Assembly (NCBI RefSeq): GCF_009914755.1
Contig: NC_060933.1
Length of the DNA stretch: 64,000 nucleotides
DNA from: the human T2T-CHM13v2.0 reference genome, Homo sapiens
Strand: one strand, 5' to 3'
The notes beneath the pieces are model-generated. The model was not told the origin of the DNA and did no database searches. It was given only the letters and a program-made list of their open reading frames with translations. The position numbers and the translations under genes were made by a program. Below, one piece after another: positions 1 through 13,231 of this stretch (position 1 is its first letter; every line of letters begins with the position of its first letter).

Positions 1-1085
1 TTCTATTTCAGGAAGTGATTGTGTTTTTAAGGAAAGGTTTCCTTTGGACCTTACTATACCTGGTTCCTATTCTCTCTGTTACACAATTTTCACAAGGCCC
101 CAAGTTGAGGTTTCATATGTTGGTTTTGTTATCTATCATCACATTCTTGAGCAAACAGATCTATCTAGGCCCAGTGTTGGTATCTCCCAGAAGTGAGGAT
201 TAGCACTAATTTCTTCTTAGTTTGCTATGACTTGGCCAGTGGTTGAGGAGTATGTACAGAAGCAATTGATGGGTTTTCAGTGAATTCTAGTTCCTTCCTC
301 CAGGAAAATGTCCCATTTGAATCTCTTAGAAAATGCAACCACTTTAGTAGGTCTGAACTCAGGAAAAAGCTCCTTGGAAATGGACTTTCGAGTCCAAGCA
401 GAGAAGAAAAGTCTAGAGACCGTTCTAGACAGGTGCTGTTTCTGAGGACAGAGGCCACCAGGGCCTTCACAGAAGGAAACTCTAATGGATCTCCATTGGC
501 AGGCACCTACATGGCAGAATGTGGTCTGCACCAGGCCAGGGGCCGTGGCCTCTGATGGAGGGTGAGGCTTCCTGGACCAGAAGCCAGGAGAGCGAGGCGA
601 GTCGCCAAAGGGGAGTGAGGACACAGACTGCAGCAGGGGCCCCTCTGCCCTCTGATCTCTCATTCACTGGAGGGGACCGTGTTTTTCCTCCCGTCCTCAG
701 TTGTGCTTGTTTCTCATTTTTCTTTGCAATGGCCTGGTTTTCCCTTCCTTTTGGCAAGTGTCGTGGGTGATATGAAGGGAATTCTTGAGATTGTATTTCC
801 ATTCAACCTGCCTCTTCTCAGGAGCCACTCACTGATTTCAGACAGGAATTCTATGTTGAGTGTAGATTACAAAACATTTAGAAATAAAGCACGGAGATTC
901 CAAAAGGGATTCATTCTACAGGGACGTGAGACTCTTGAATATGTCATTCTGAGTTAATTCCATTCTGTGCTTAATTCCAGTAAAGGAGATAAAAGAGAGG
1001 CAGCCGAAGACACAGGCTACACAGAACTGTGCTGGCCACATGCCTCAGTGCCTCATGCTGAGGGTGGGGCAAGAAAGCACATGTG

Positions 1086-1112
<27 letters not shown>
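1086..1112. repeat. (CA)n microsatellite
   Basis: About 13 CA units. Confidence 0.95.
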
Positions 1113-1117
<5 letters not shown>

Positions 1118-1229
1118 TACACAAGAACATCCAGGGATGTGGTCAGGTTGGAAGTCCACAGGAGCTGAGATTTGGGAAAAATGACAAAAAGGCTTTGCTG
1201 ACTCTACCCTGTGTGAGTTCAAAATTGCA

Positions 1230-1680
1230 CTCAACTGTTAGCAACAGAGGCCTGAAAAACAGTGGCTTAAACAAAATAGGGGTACATTTTTTATCTTAGG
1301 CAGGGCAGGACTGCTCTGGTGGCTTCACAATGCCATCAACATCTTGAGCTCCTTCTATCTTTCTGTTCTGCCATCCTTAGTGAGTGGCTTCCATCTGTAA
1401 GGTCACCTCATGGCCCAGCATGGCTGCCAGCACCCCTACCCTATCTGTGTTACAGGCAGGAAGAAGAAGAAATTGGGGAAGAACAAAAAGGGTGCCTTTC
1501 AAATGCGTCAGCATCTCTAAAGGAATTCCCCAGAAATCCCCCCAGTGACTTCTGTGTACAACTGACTGACCACATCTGCAGGGGAGGCTGCAGAATGTGG
1601 TTTTGTAGCGGGGCACATTACCACATTCAACAATATGGAGATTCTGTTACTAAAGGAAAGGAGAGAGTAGACAAGGAGAA
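1230..1680 (-). mobile_element. Old MaLR LTR (MLT1J/K-like)
   Basis: aacagtggcttaaacaa...ctctttctgttctgccatcctt...catggctgcc MLT1 motifs. Confidence 0.65.
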
Positions 1681-2225
1681 GGCAACTAGCGATTCTGGAC
1701 ACGAGCTCCAGGAAGACAGTAAACAGAGGAGGAAAAGTACTGCCCTCCTCACCCATCTGGGGTACACGGGACACTATCAATAAGCGATAGAAGCCCAGGA
1801 CTCAAGCTGTAGTTAACTTGCTTTCCTCTCTTCTAAATGTTAAAGGAAAGTTCACATCCAGGGTAGTTAGGAGACAGAGCAGCATTTTAAATGCTGTCAA
1901 ATTCCAGCTGAATTCAGAAAATTCAGAATTTTCTGAACGGTGTTGCACAAGATGTTTTTGAATGTTACATGAAAAAATGAGTCCCTAATCAAAAAGTTTG
2001 GGAAACTCTGGATTGAACCAAGTTGTGCAGTTTATTTGATTGCAGAAAATGTTGGGGTCACTGGTGTGCTCACTTGCCTTGTGATTTTTTTTTTTAAATT
2101 TTGGACAGAGAACATTCCCATATTTGACCATGGACTCACTTCTTACAGAAAATCCCATGGGATAAACATTCCACATAGTAAACATTTAGGAAATAATGGT
2201 GTGGTCAGAGGCTACATCTTTACCC

Positions 2226-2391
2226 TGCCGGTTTTCTCAAAGCACTGCCCATGGGCCACCTACACTAGAATCTTCTTAGCTCCATTACACAACTACTGAA
2301 TCACAGTCTCAGGCCTGTGGCTTGGAAATCCGCATTTTCAAAGCTCTCTGAGCTATAGTCTTACGCTTATTGAAGTTTGGGATCCACCAGG
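2226..2391. mobile_element. MER5A/B-like hAT element
   Basis: gttttctcaaa...ctactgaatca..tctc..gaaatc.gcattt..gaagtttgggatccac. Confidence 0.65.
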
Positions 2392-2519
2392 TGACAGAGT
2401 TGTGCCTCCACTTTACAGACACCATGACTTGATCAATTTACATCCAGGTACCTCCTCCTGGCTCCCTAAAACTCATTTCTCTCATCACCATGTGGTACCC
2501 GGATAATTTTCTCAGCTCT

Positions 2520-2740
2520 GTTCCAAGCAGCTTGCATTTATCTTTATTGTTGCTCTTTTTATTGATTTAGGTCCATCTCTGCAATTCGTCAAGCTTGGAT
2601 TGCATTTTAATCTTGTCCTCCAAAGTAGCTAAGATCCCTTCCAGCTTCCTATCATCCAGAAATCTGATTAGCTGGGTCTCGATTCCATCCTTCAAGCCAT
2701 TAATGAAAACATTAAATGGTCCTGGCTTGGCATGAAGGTC
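2520..2740 (-). mobile_element. CR1/L3 LINE fragment (RT core)
   Basis: Translation PGPFNVFINGLKDGIETQLIRFLDDRKLEG..LEDKIKMQSKLDELQRW matches the CR1 RT pattern GPxLFNIFINDL..KFADDTKLGG..IQxDLxxLxxW. Confidence 0.8.
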
Positions 2741-3134
2741 TTCAGGGTTCTCGGTGGGTATATGGCTCCCATATCTGCCACTAGCCTCTGCTTGGCATAG
2801 TCCTGGGTTGGAGATCAGGCCCAATATTTCAGTTGTAGGTTACTGCATCCTCATGCTTCCTCATCCATGCACGTAGTGCAAATCTGTGTAGGAAAAATAC
2901 AACCTAGTAATTAATTAATTCATTAGACATTAGATCAACAAATGTCTTTAAAACACTAGGTTTTTCCTCACACCAGTGGCATGTTGACCTCAGAATGAAG
3001 AAGCTAATGCCGAGTGTGTGCATTAGAAAGATCGATTTTTATGTAAAATGCAACTCGGATCTGTCTTTGTGATACACCATTCCAGGAGGAGATGACCTCA
3101 AGACAAGCAGCTTCCATGCAATACTGCAGCAAGG

Positions 3135-3350
3135 GCTTACTTTCCTGAGCATTTCCCACGCTCCAATCACTGCTCTAATTCCTTTAGATGTGTTAACTCA
3201 CTTCCTGCTCACAATACTTCTATGAGGTGAGTGCTATGGTTATCTCCCTTTTTTAAGGTACTATGCAGATAGTGCCAGAGCTGATAAGTGTCAGAGCAAG
3301 AATTCAGGCTCAAGCAGTCTGGCTTCAGGGCCCAGGCTCTGGACCACTCT
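3135..3350 (-). mobile_element. MIR
   Basis: ctcacaatacttctatgaggt...agctgataagtgtcagagc.agaattc..agtctggcttcagggccc. Confidence 0.7.
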
Positions 3351-5266
3351 TCCATCCCGTTGCAGCAGTGGTTGAGTGGATTATGTGGTGGGAACAGCCT
3401 ACCCAGTGCTCAGAACCCAGAAATGATCAGAAAGACTCACCGTGGTGCTCATGGGTTTTCAGCAGTCATCTCTGTTCATGTTCCCAAACCATGCCAATCA
3501 ATATTCTTTGCTGCTATTGGGTAGATGAGGAAATGGAGGGACCAAGATAACTGCCCCAGAGCCAACCCCAGGTCCAGCGGACTCTTTCCTCCTCAGAGGC
3601 TTGCCCCAGGAGAGACCAGCTGAACAGGCATTGCCTGGGACTCCTTGGGGAAGTGGAGGTTGGAAAAGTAAGTGAAGGAACAAGCACTGGGGGGGGGGTC
3701 AGTGTTCAGTTCATCCCTTGCTATGGCCCCATCCTCAAACCTGTCACAAAGCCCTGCCAGCCAGGGCACCCACAAAGCCCACCTTCTCCAGAGGGGCCTG
3801 AATCTCTTGTTGGGCTTGGTGTGGGTTTCGGAGGCGATGACTGGGCTGAAGTGACCTCTCTCATTCAACAGACTCAGCCACTCAGGGCTGGGCCTGGCCT
3901 GACTCTAGGAGCACAAGATGCAGCCTCTGTCCTCAGAGATTCAAAGGTTGAGCAGACATTGGCCACAGTCCCGGCTGGCTCCGACCGTGGCAGAGGCTGA
4001 ACCAGAGCAGAGGAGGAAGCAGAGGGGTGGGCCGCAAGCTCTTCTTGGAGTCTCAGGAGCTGCAGAGAGCAAGCTGGGCTTCCTGGAGGAGGAGGCGTGA
4101 GAGTTGGGCCTTGAAGTAAGGTTTCAGTGAAAGCGGAGGTGCGGGGTGGGTGGGGTGGGTGTTGAGGGGGTGTGAACACTCATGCGCGGCCTCATGAGCA
4201 CTGGAGCAGCGCTGGCGGCTAGTGATTTTTCAGACAAATGCCTGCCAAAGCCTCTGACATAAATCAATTTTTCACTTCATTCCTTCTGACTCAACCCCTC
4301 CGTCAGGCACTCAGCAGCTGTTTCCTGAGCTGATGTACATCTCATTAGTCTATCAAGCTCCAACAGCCAAGGCCAAGGCCCCCAGAATGAAAAACTGACG
4401 CAGCCACCCCTTCCTGTGCCAGAGACAGGAGAAGGGAGGGAGACTGACGGCCTTTGTTCTCTGAGCAAGACCGTAAAGCACTTCGCCTACAGGCCACAAG
4501 AGGGCGATGGTGGTCCACACATAAGATCTTCCCAAAGAGCCAGCCAAAAACGCCTGCCTGGAGAATCTGGAGGTTGTGAAAGGTGACTTTGTTAAGGAAG
4601 GGCGATGGCCCTTCTCCCTGCCCCAGAGCTCTGAAAGCCTTTAAAGTGGCTTTAGCAGCGTGGTTTAAGAATGGCTCCTTCGGTACAAGGACGGCCATCA
4701 CTGCTTCTCCTACTGTGTTTGATGCCAGCGTTCTTCCCGTCTGCAGGGAAGGACGGAGAGTGAGGAGGGCACACAGGACGTAGCTGGCTCCTGGCCATGG
4801 ACGGTGACCGCTCTGGGGCCAGCAGGGTAGAGCTGCCTTCCTACATCTGAGAACTCAAGGGCGAGAGGGAGGCAGGGCAGGGGAGAGGGTTGGTCTCAGT
4901 TCACAGGGCGACCCTCTGGCCCTGGTTCTGACGGCGACTCGCTGTGTAAGCTAAGGAGTGTCTCGCTCTGTACAGCGGGCAGGTGGTGGGTCTCTGCACG
5001 TCCAGCATCTCCAGCTTTCCGTCCTCTGAGCTGTTTTGACATGGGAGGCGCTGGCAGGGAGAGAGGGGTCACTGATGTGGGAAGCTGGTGCAGAGCTGGG
5101 GAGTAGCTTGTGATGCTGGAGAACCTGGAGATGCCCCTCCCATTCCTTGGGCCTCGACTGTCTCATCTGTGGAATGGGCGGGTCAGACTGGATAATCTCT
5201 AACCATTGCTTCCCTTCACTTCTGTCCCAATAAACACACACGGAGCTTTTTCGTTTGTCTTTTGTC

Positions 5267-5579
5267 TTTTTTTTTTTTTTTTTTTTTTTTTTAGAGACGA
5301 GGTCTCACTATGTTGTTCCCCAGGTCTGAGTACAGTGGCTGATCCCACTATTGTCCAGCACAGGAGCTCTGACTTGCTCCATTTCCTACCTGGGCCTGCT
5401 CACCCTCCCTTAGGCAACCCGGTGGTCCCCCTCTCCAGAGAGGCCACCATATTAATGCCAAACTTAGCGCAGACACCTGATCGGCATAGTGCACTAAAGC
5501 CCAGAACTCCTGGGCCCAAGTGATCCTCCTGCCTTCTGAGTAGCTGGGATGACAGGTGGGTGCCACCACTGTGCCTGGC
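5267..5579 (-). pseudogene. 7SL (SRP RNA) retropseudogene, near full length, with poly(A) tail
   Basis: The reverse complement has the Alu domain plus the S domain (GGGACCACC.GGTTGCCTAAGGGAGGGTGA...CCCAGGTAGGAAATGGAGCAAG), which Alus lack. Ends GTCTCT plus A26. 12-nt deletion and many substitutions. Confidence 0.92.
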
Positions 5580-6499
5580 ACAGAGCCTATATTGGTGCTA
5601 ATACTTCTGATTCTGATTCCATTAAAAAACAAAATAAAACATGTTGCCCTTTGGCTGTTTCTGACCTCCATAGTGCCCCCAAAGTGTCCCAACTGGATAG
5701 TGGTTGGAGACCATTACTGTGAATGCACATGTGGCCCTTCTCCACACAGTGCATCTGAGGGAAAATGACAGAACACTCAATCCAATTAGAGGAGGCCAGC
5801 ACAGGCTGGCAGTGAGGAGCAGGCACGAGGCTGCGTTCCCTGTGCTGGCTCCTGGGCCCATATGCTAAGCTCTGCCTTCAGTTCCTGCAGGAGCTGTCCC
5901 TTGTTCAGCCTCAGATGTCCTAGCCTCCAGCCGATGGAGGCTGTGTTAGCTCTATGGTGGCACATGGGCCTTTTGTGGCTCCCATGGCGCATTAATACTT
6001 TATGTGGCCCATATTTCTTCAGCTGCATCTTCCAACGCTCCCATTGATTTTTAAATTTCAGTGCAAATACAAAGCAAAACTGAAGTTTATGGAGTGTAGG
6101 AGAATCCATCTGAAAATTCCCTAGGGTGGCACCAGAGATTGTAACATTAGATGCACTAAGAAAGAAACAACTGCAGCACATTGCTTGGCTCTGCAGTAAA
6201 TAATATTTATATAGTCATAGAATTGCAGAGCATAAGAGAGCTGATTATGGTTACTGAAATGTATGGGAGAGTTAGCAAACCTAACAAAAAATAAAAAAAG
6301 GTTTGGGGTGGGGAAAAGTAGAACTGAAAGAAGTCAGGAACCAAAGCTGGAGGAAAGATAGAAGGCAAAGAAGCTGCTAGTAACAGTAACAATTGCATCT
6401 TACAAAATGAGGAGTCCGGAAATGATGCCTAACATTGATAGAACAAGAAAAAGAGGTTTAACTATTTTATGTCTAGCTGCAAAGGTAACTATGTTAGTC

Positions 6500-6884
6500 A
6501 TTAGTGCCACTTGCCAAGATATTTCTGGTTCTCCTTTGTTCTGGATAATTCCTGACCCTCTCTGGTTAGATGGGGCCATGAGATTAGTTCTGGTAACTGA
6601 GTTGTGAACCAAAGTGATGGGAATCACTTCCAGGGCTAGCATTTCATTACCAGTGGGATCAATCTTTCTTCTAGAAGGCGACTGGCATTATGTGAGATGG
6701 TGGCTCTTCCATCAGCCTTGGGTTTTGAATAATTACAGTGTACAGATTATGCCTCTTCCTGTCCCCCATGGACCTGTAATAGACAAGTCCCATGAGTGAG
6801 AAACAAACCTTTCTTGATAGAAGCCATTGGGATTTGGGGTTGTCTGTCATTGCAGCATTACCTGCTGTATCCTGAACTAGCACA
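6500..6884 (+). mobile_element. MaLR LTR (MLT1-type)
   Basis: 3' end aagccattgggatttggggttgtctgtcattgcagcattacct...aca. Confidence 0.65.
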
Positions 6885-9800
6885 TAATATAACTTTACTA
6901 AAAGGACAGGAGAGGAAGTGGTCGGGGTTATAGGCGAGCTAAGTCTTCAACTATTAGAACATAAAATAAATAGGTAATACAGAATTGTTAATCCAAGAAA
7001 TAGCAAAATTAACATATTATTTGAGATGTAAAATTGTCTAAAGTGGTTACCACTGGGGAGGGGGACTAGGGATGGAACAAAGGAATTTTGCTTTGTCATA
7101 AACCCTTCTCTAGTATTTGGCTTTTGAAATTAAAGTTTGTTAGTTTTTGAAATAGACTAAGTAGGTACAAAAGAGGATACAGGAAGTCAGTCTATTTCTC
7201 ACTTCTGTTTTCCAATTTGGAGGCAACGCCTTGCCAGTTTCTTAGGTATTCTTACAGGAGCAGTCTAAGAATACAAAAACATAAACAGGCTTACATGCCT
7301 TTACTTTCAAGTAGCATTGTATCTTGGACATCATTCCTAACCACTTATTTAAAGCTGCTTTTGCTTAAAAATAGCGGGATAGTATCCCATCGTATGGGTA
7401 TACTATCACTTAGCTGGTCCGCTATTATGCGACATTTGTTTCTCATTTTTAATGTTATTAACAATGCTCTGTGAATATCTTTGTAAGATGTCATGTTACG
7501 CATGGATGAGCCTATCAAAAGGCTAACATCCTGAAAGTGAAATTCCTGGGTATGTGTATAATACATACACCTTTTGAGAAAGTGTACAAACTGCCTACAC
7601 AAGTTGTATCAATGTTCATTCCCACCAGTACTGGAGAAAGTACCCTGAGCTAGTGTCTCACCTATAAGGTCTATTGATTTGATTTTAATAGGAGTTAAAG
7701 TGGTGGGGATTTATTTTCTAAATTACTTCCTGAATTATCCATTGAAATGAATGAAAACAAGACTGTAATACTGCACTGGCATGAAGAGTTTTAAATTAAA
7801 TCTCACATTCTTCAAATCTCTTTGGCGCTCACTCTTTGCTTCATTTACCCAGCAAATATTGGTTGAGTACCTTCTATGGTCAGGGCTGCTAAACACAGTG
7901 AGTGGATGGGTGGACGGACAGATAACCAAACTGTATTTCAGATCTATAGCTCCAGTAAAGGAACTAATGCAGACAAATACTAGGGATTCTGAATATTCTT
8001 TCTTTTCTAAAAAATTTTATACCTACACATACATCTACATATCTGTATCTCTCAATGATTCTTTCTCGGTTTCTCCATCATTGAGTGTAGAGTTGTAGAA
8101 GCAATGACTTAGTTTGAGAGTAAAACTGTGAAATCATAGCATTTGCAGCTCATTCCCATTCTCTCCAACTTCTTCCACCACTCATAACTGTGACTGCCTC
8201 TCTCCCATTCCCCCCAGGATCTCATTTTTTCCACCTCCCTCCTCTTGGCTTCCAACAGGCACAGATCTTCCCAGTTTTCAGATGAGGCTTCCTTTGCCAC
8301 TGTGCTTATATCAGGACAATCCAACCACCCTATTCCCTGGCTGTGACATCAGCACAAGCCCCCTCGTCCACAACCCAGTCTCCTTTCTGAAAGGAAGACT
8401 GGATCCCATCACTCTCTTACCTAAATATATTGGTGGTACCTGTTTGCCTTTCATAAAGCATGGCATCAATGCCCCGAGGCTCTCACTGCTTCTGTGCCAG
8501 GCTCGTTGCTAAGTGCTAGGTGCACATACTATTCCATTTCACCCTCCTGACCACTTTCAGAGGGGGGTCATAATATTACCCACCTTGTACAGGTAGGAGC
8601 ACTGGGGCACTAACGTGACTGAGGACCAAGGACACCTAGCTAGGAAAGGAAGGTGCAGGAATTTGAGTCCTGTTTTCAAAGACTGCCCCTAATCACAACA
8701 CGATGGCACCATATTGTTTTGATAAGCTTTCTGAGATTACTCCCAAGGGGCAGAATTCAAGGGTCCTACACCTTTGCTTCCAGGTTCCCTCATTGTGGTC
8801 TTCATTGTAAGACACTTTGCCATGCAGCTCTCTGCCTCTATTCCTACAGTGGGAAAAATTGAAGCATAGGACGGAGGCAGAGATTCTCAGAAAATGTTGG
8901 TGAAGTGGAATCCCACTGCATTCTGGTAGCATCCAATCCTGCATGCCTCTTTTCCTCACCCCTTTCTTCAACCTCTCTGCATCTGGGCTCTGCACGTGCC
9001 TCTGTTCCATTCTAGCTAGGTCTTCGGGGACAGGCACCCTTGTGGCCACATGCATTGCCAGCCTGGGGCCCTGCTCTTGTAGCCAAAGTTGTCTTCCAGC
9101 TTGGTCTCCAGCACACTGCCCATGAATGGCTGTGTCCCCTCCATAGCTTCTTGCTTTCTAGCTCCACAAGGTAGATGTGCCTTCTATCCACAACCTTCTT
9201 ACCCCAAGTCAGGGAGCTGTCCACAGCTTTGTCCTGCACTACCTGCCCCCCCACATACAAGACCCACCCACAGTCCCTACTGGGGACATAGGAGCCATTC
9301 CATAAACAGAAGCTGGATGAATATTTAATGGGAAGTAGTATATAAACAACTTACGTGGGTGTTGTAACGATCTGCAGTGAAATATTCCCTCACCTCTTGG
9401 TGAAATTATCATTCCGAACCACGGAATACATTAGGTTTTATGATCTACTTGCTTCTTTGGGGAAATACAAATCTTAAAACGTCATCTTCATATGACAGGG
9501 CAAAGAGTCCCCAGGGACACAAGATGTTTAAGGACGTTAACTGAGAATCAGAAATAGTTTGCGATTAATATTGGGGTTTTGTTTATGGGCATAAATAAAT
9601 CCCAAGTCTAGGGCTGACTTATAAAAATCTGTCTGTGATGAAAACTCTGATCGCAAATTGATGGAATGGGAAAACAATCTGAATTTAAAGAAGTGATTTG
9701 GGGGCAGGCTTACAGTGTTTAGAAGCTAATATTTTCTGGCCATAAATGAATATGCTATTCAAACATTCTGAGTCATCAACTAAAATAAATAGGATAGAGA

Positions 9801-11587
9801 CTAGGAATTTATATTGATGGTCTACAGCTGTCCAAGTTCTGTAAGTAGGTCATGTGAAATGGAGTTCCTTTTCTGGGGTCATTGAAAGGGGCCTGCTGGC
9901 CCTTCTTCCTTCCCCATGAAGGCAGGGAAGCCGTAGTAATTCTCAACAGGAGGAGGGCAGAGGAGTAAACACTGGCATTTGGAGCCTGGCGTGACTGGAA
10001 GTAGGCAGGGGACCTCATGGAAGAAGCACGGCTTTGGGAGTGGGAAGATCCCTGTTCGCCTCCTCCCCGCCTGTTAGTTATGTGACTCTCACATATCCAA
10101 CCGTGTTCAGGCCTCCTCCTTGGTCCAGAGCCCATCACAGACTGCCCATGGTTTCTAGAACAAAGTCCAAGCCTCCAGATCTTTAGCCTGGCTCCTGGCA
10201 TCCTCTGCAATGTGCCTCTGCCACTCTCTAGGCTCGCTTCCCAGCACATTGGGCTTCTGAGCCTCAGCACAGGCTCTCTCACTTCTTGCTCCCTTTCCAT
10301 AACCTGCAGCCTCTGCCCAGGATGCCCTTCCTCTTAGAGCCATTTGGTTAAAAAAACTGCTCTTCTTTTAAAACAGCTCAGAAGTCATCTCCTCTCTGAA
10401 GCCTTCTCAGAGTCCCCTGGGAAGAGGTAGCTTAACCCCCTTCTGACTTTCTAGTAAACCCTGAATATCTTGTAGTCTTGTGGCCTTGTGGTACACAGAA
10501 TGAGTAGAATATGGTTCCCTGTCTCATTGGTGTTGAATCTGGCTAGGTGGCTTGTTTAGTCCAGGGCCTTAAGAGGCAATGCACTGCTTGTGTTCTTTTG
10601 CGCTTCTTTGATTTTCCAAGGGGAATGTAAGGCCATGTGGAGCAAATCTGATCCCAATCCAAACCTGGAGCCAATTCCAGCTGACTTGCATCCTAAGGCA
10701 GAGCTGCCCTGGGCAAACTATACAACTGGAAGTGAAAAAAAATGCTTGTTGTTGGAAACCACTGAGTTTTGAGGTGGCTTATTACACAGCATTCATGTGG
10801 CAATAGCTGACCAATACATTATCACCTTGGGGCTGAACCTCAGAGAGAAGTGTAAGCAGAAGAAAGTATCAGCTAAGTGTGGAGGAGCTAAAAGATATCA
10901 GGGCTGCTACTCTAAGCCTCTCAGAGAAGCCGACCTTTGGTGTGAGGCCGTGTCTAACATGGAAGTGGTAGCACTAGAGAGAAGAAAGATCTGGATAGAT
11001 GGGCAGAGACAGTGCTCCTGGATGGATATCCAATTCCTGGATAGAGATCCAGGAATTCCCACATGGCCTGGTGGGGGATGAGGAACCTCTAGGAGAACTA
11101 CTTGACTTATATCAATTAGGGGACAGCACAGGTGAGCTACAAAGCACAGGTTCTTGGGACCTCAGGCTATGGAAGGACTTTAATTATCTCCTTAATACCC
11201 CCCAGACCAGACCAATTACCTTCCGCACCAAAAGACCCCATCACAGGACGCCCAGGACCTCACAGAATGGGGATGCAGGAGTAGAGGCCAGTGAAGACCC
11301 AGAGGGGAACATAAGCACCCAGGGTCATTCTTCCCGTCACTATGCTGGTACCATATCAGAAATTAGGAGGTGGGGAGTGGAGAATCTATGAACGGAGAAA
11401 ACCTTATGACTTTATGGATGTTAACTTTAAATCAACTGAAACCATACCCAAGAGACTATTCTAAATGGGAAGAGATGGAGTTACCTTTAATTAAGAAGCT
11501 TAAGATGCCCCTGTCCTAGGTTGAATTCCCTCATCAGAGAAAGGGTAGAGGCTTGGGTACAAGATAAGACATGTTGCAGAGAAGACA

Positions 11588-11588
<1 letters not shown>

Positions 11589-11624
<36 letters not shown>
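11589..11624. repeat. (TTA)n microsatellite
   Basis: About 12 units. Confidence 0.93.
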
Positions 11625-11626
<2 letters not shown>

Positions 11627-11662
11627 ACATCTAAGTTGTAGTGGGTAATTGTTTACTTTACT

Positions 11663-12029
11663 TGCTATGACCTGAATGTCGGTGTCCCCCTAAAATTCAT
11701 ATATTGGAACTTAATTTCTAAGGTGATGGTATTAAGAGATGGAGCTTTTGGGAAGTGATTAGATCATAAGGACTCTGCCCTAATGGGTGGGATTGGTGCC
11801 CTTATAAAAGGGTTTTAAGGAGTGAGTTTACCCTCTTCTGCCCTTCCATCATGTAAAGGTACAGAGAAGGTATCATCTGTGAAGAACAGGACCTCATCAG
11901 ACACTAGATCTGCTGGCACCTTGATCTTGGATTTCCCAGCCTCCAGAATTGTGAGCAATGAATTTCTGTTGTTTATAAATTACCCCGTCTAAAGTATTTT
12001 GTTATAGCAACAGGAATGAACTTAGATAC
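11663..12029 (+). mobile_element. MaLR LTR (MSTD/MLT1A-like)
   Basis: TGCTATG..gtcccccta aaattcat...ttcccagcctccagaattgtgag...ttttgttatagca. Confidence 0.82.
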
Positions 12030-12407
12030 CACTATACACACTCTGCTTGCACTGATGGTGCTTTGGAGGTTGAAGGAATTGGGTGTTCGATATGTGCTGA
12101 AGAGTTAAGGGAAAAGGGCAGTTGTTGCATGTTACTGGAATTGAAAAGTAGAAAAGCGAACATTTATGTGACTAAGAAAAATGGAAATCCCTTAGCCCTG
12201 AAGATCTTCAGTGATATTAGGAAGATTCTCTCTTTCCCATCACATATGGATTTAGGGTTAAAGTCACTCCACTTAAATATTATGGCAACAGAGAGGCGCT
12301 CAGGACCTGGAGACCTCCAAGCTGCTGCTGACTTTTGAGTTTCACAACGTTGAGAAGGTAGGGGGTATTATTTTCAATACATCTCTTCTAGAGAAGGATG
12401 AAATAAA

Positions 12408-12408
<1 letters not shown>

Positions 12409-12458
<50 letters not shown>
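12409..12458. repeat. (TG)25 microsatellite
   Basis: Perfect TG run. Confidence 0.97.
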
Positions 12459-12460
<2 letters not shown>

Positions 12461-12748
12461 GGGGGGTGATTCAGGAGAATCTGAAATAGGACAGCCTGAT
12501 ACTGAATTGATCATCATTGTTGCTGTAACAAATTAGCCACAATTAACACAATTAACTTTAGTGGCTTAAAAACAAGCCTCCACTGTGTTTGGAGGAAACT
12601 AGCAGGCAATGGGATTGGTTAGTATCCAAGATCATTGTTAAGTGTCAGAGCAGGCAAGAGCCCATCCCTGATGGAAGCCTGAAATGTGGGGTGAGAATGA
12701 CTCATGGGAGAGTCAGTGACTCCTACTCTGCACTTTGGGTCAAAAAGT

Positions 12749-13231
12749 TGTATGTTGAACCGAATAATGGTCCCCTAAGGATGCCCATGTCCTAATCCCT
12801 GGAACCTATGAATGTTTCATTCCATGGTAAAAGTGACTTTGCAGATGCAACTAAATTAAGGATCTTGACATGGGGAGATTATCCTGAATTATTAATATCT
12901 GGGTGGGCGCAATATAATCACAGGAGTATTTATAAGAGGAAGACAGGAGTTGCAGGGAGGGGAGGCGATGGAAGCAGAGAACTGAGTCATGTAGCCATAG
13001 GCCAAGGAATACAGGCGGCCTCTAGGGGCTACAAGAGGCAAGAAACAGATTCTTTCTAGATCCTCTCTCAGAAGGAACCATCCTTGCCGACACCTTGATT
13101 TCAGCCTCAGAAGACTCATTGTAGGCATCTGACTCCCAGAACTGTAAGAGAATGCATGTTGTTTTAAGCCACTAAAGTTAATTGTGTTAATTGTTGCTAA
13201 TTCTTTACAGCAACAATGAAAAACAAATACA
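12749..13231 (+). mobile_element. MaLR LTR (MLT1C/D-like)
   Basis: gaataatggtcccctaaggatgcccatgtcctaatccctggaacctatgaat...ctcccagaactgtaagagaat...aataca. Confidence 0.85.

Noticed and set aside
10830-11580. Possible ancient LTR or coding remnant (94-130 aa ORFs)
   Set aside because: I cannot assign a family or protein motif by eye; it needs a Dfam/BLASTX search.
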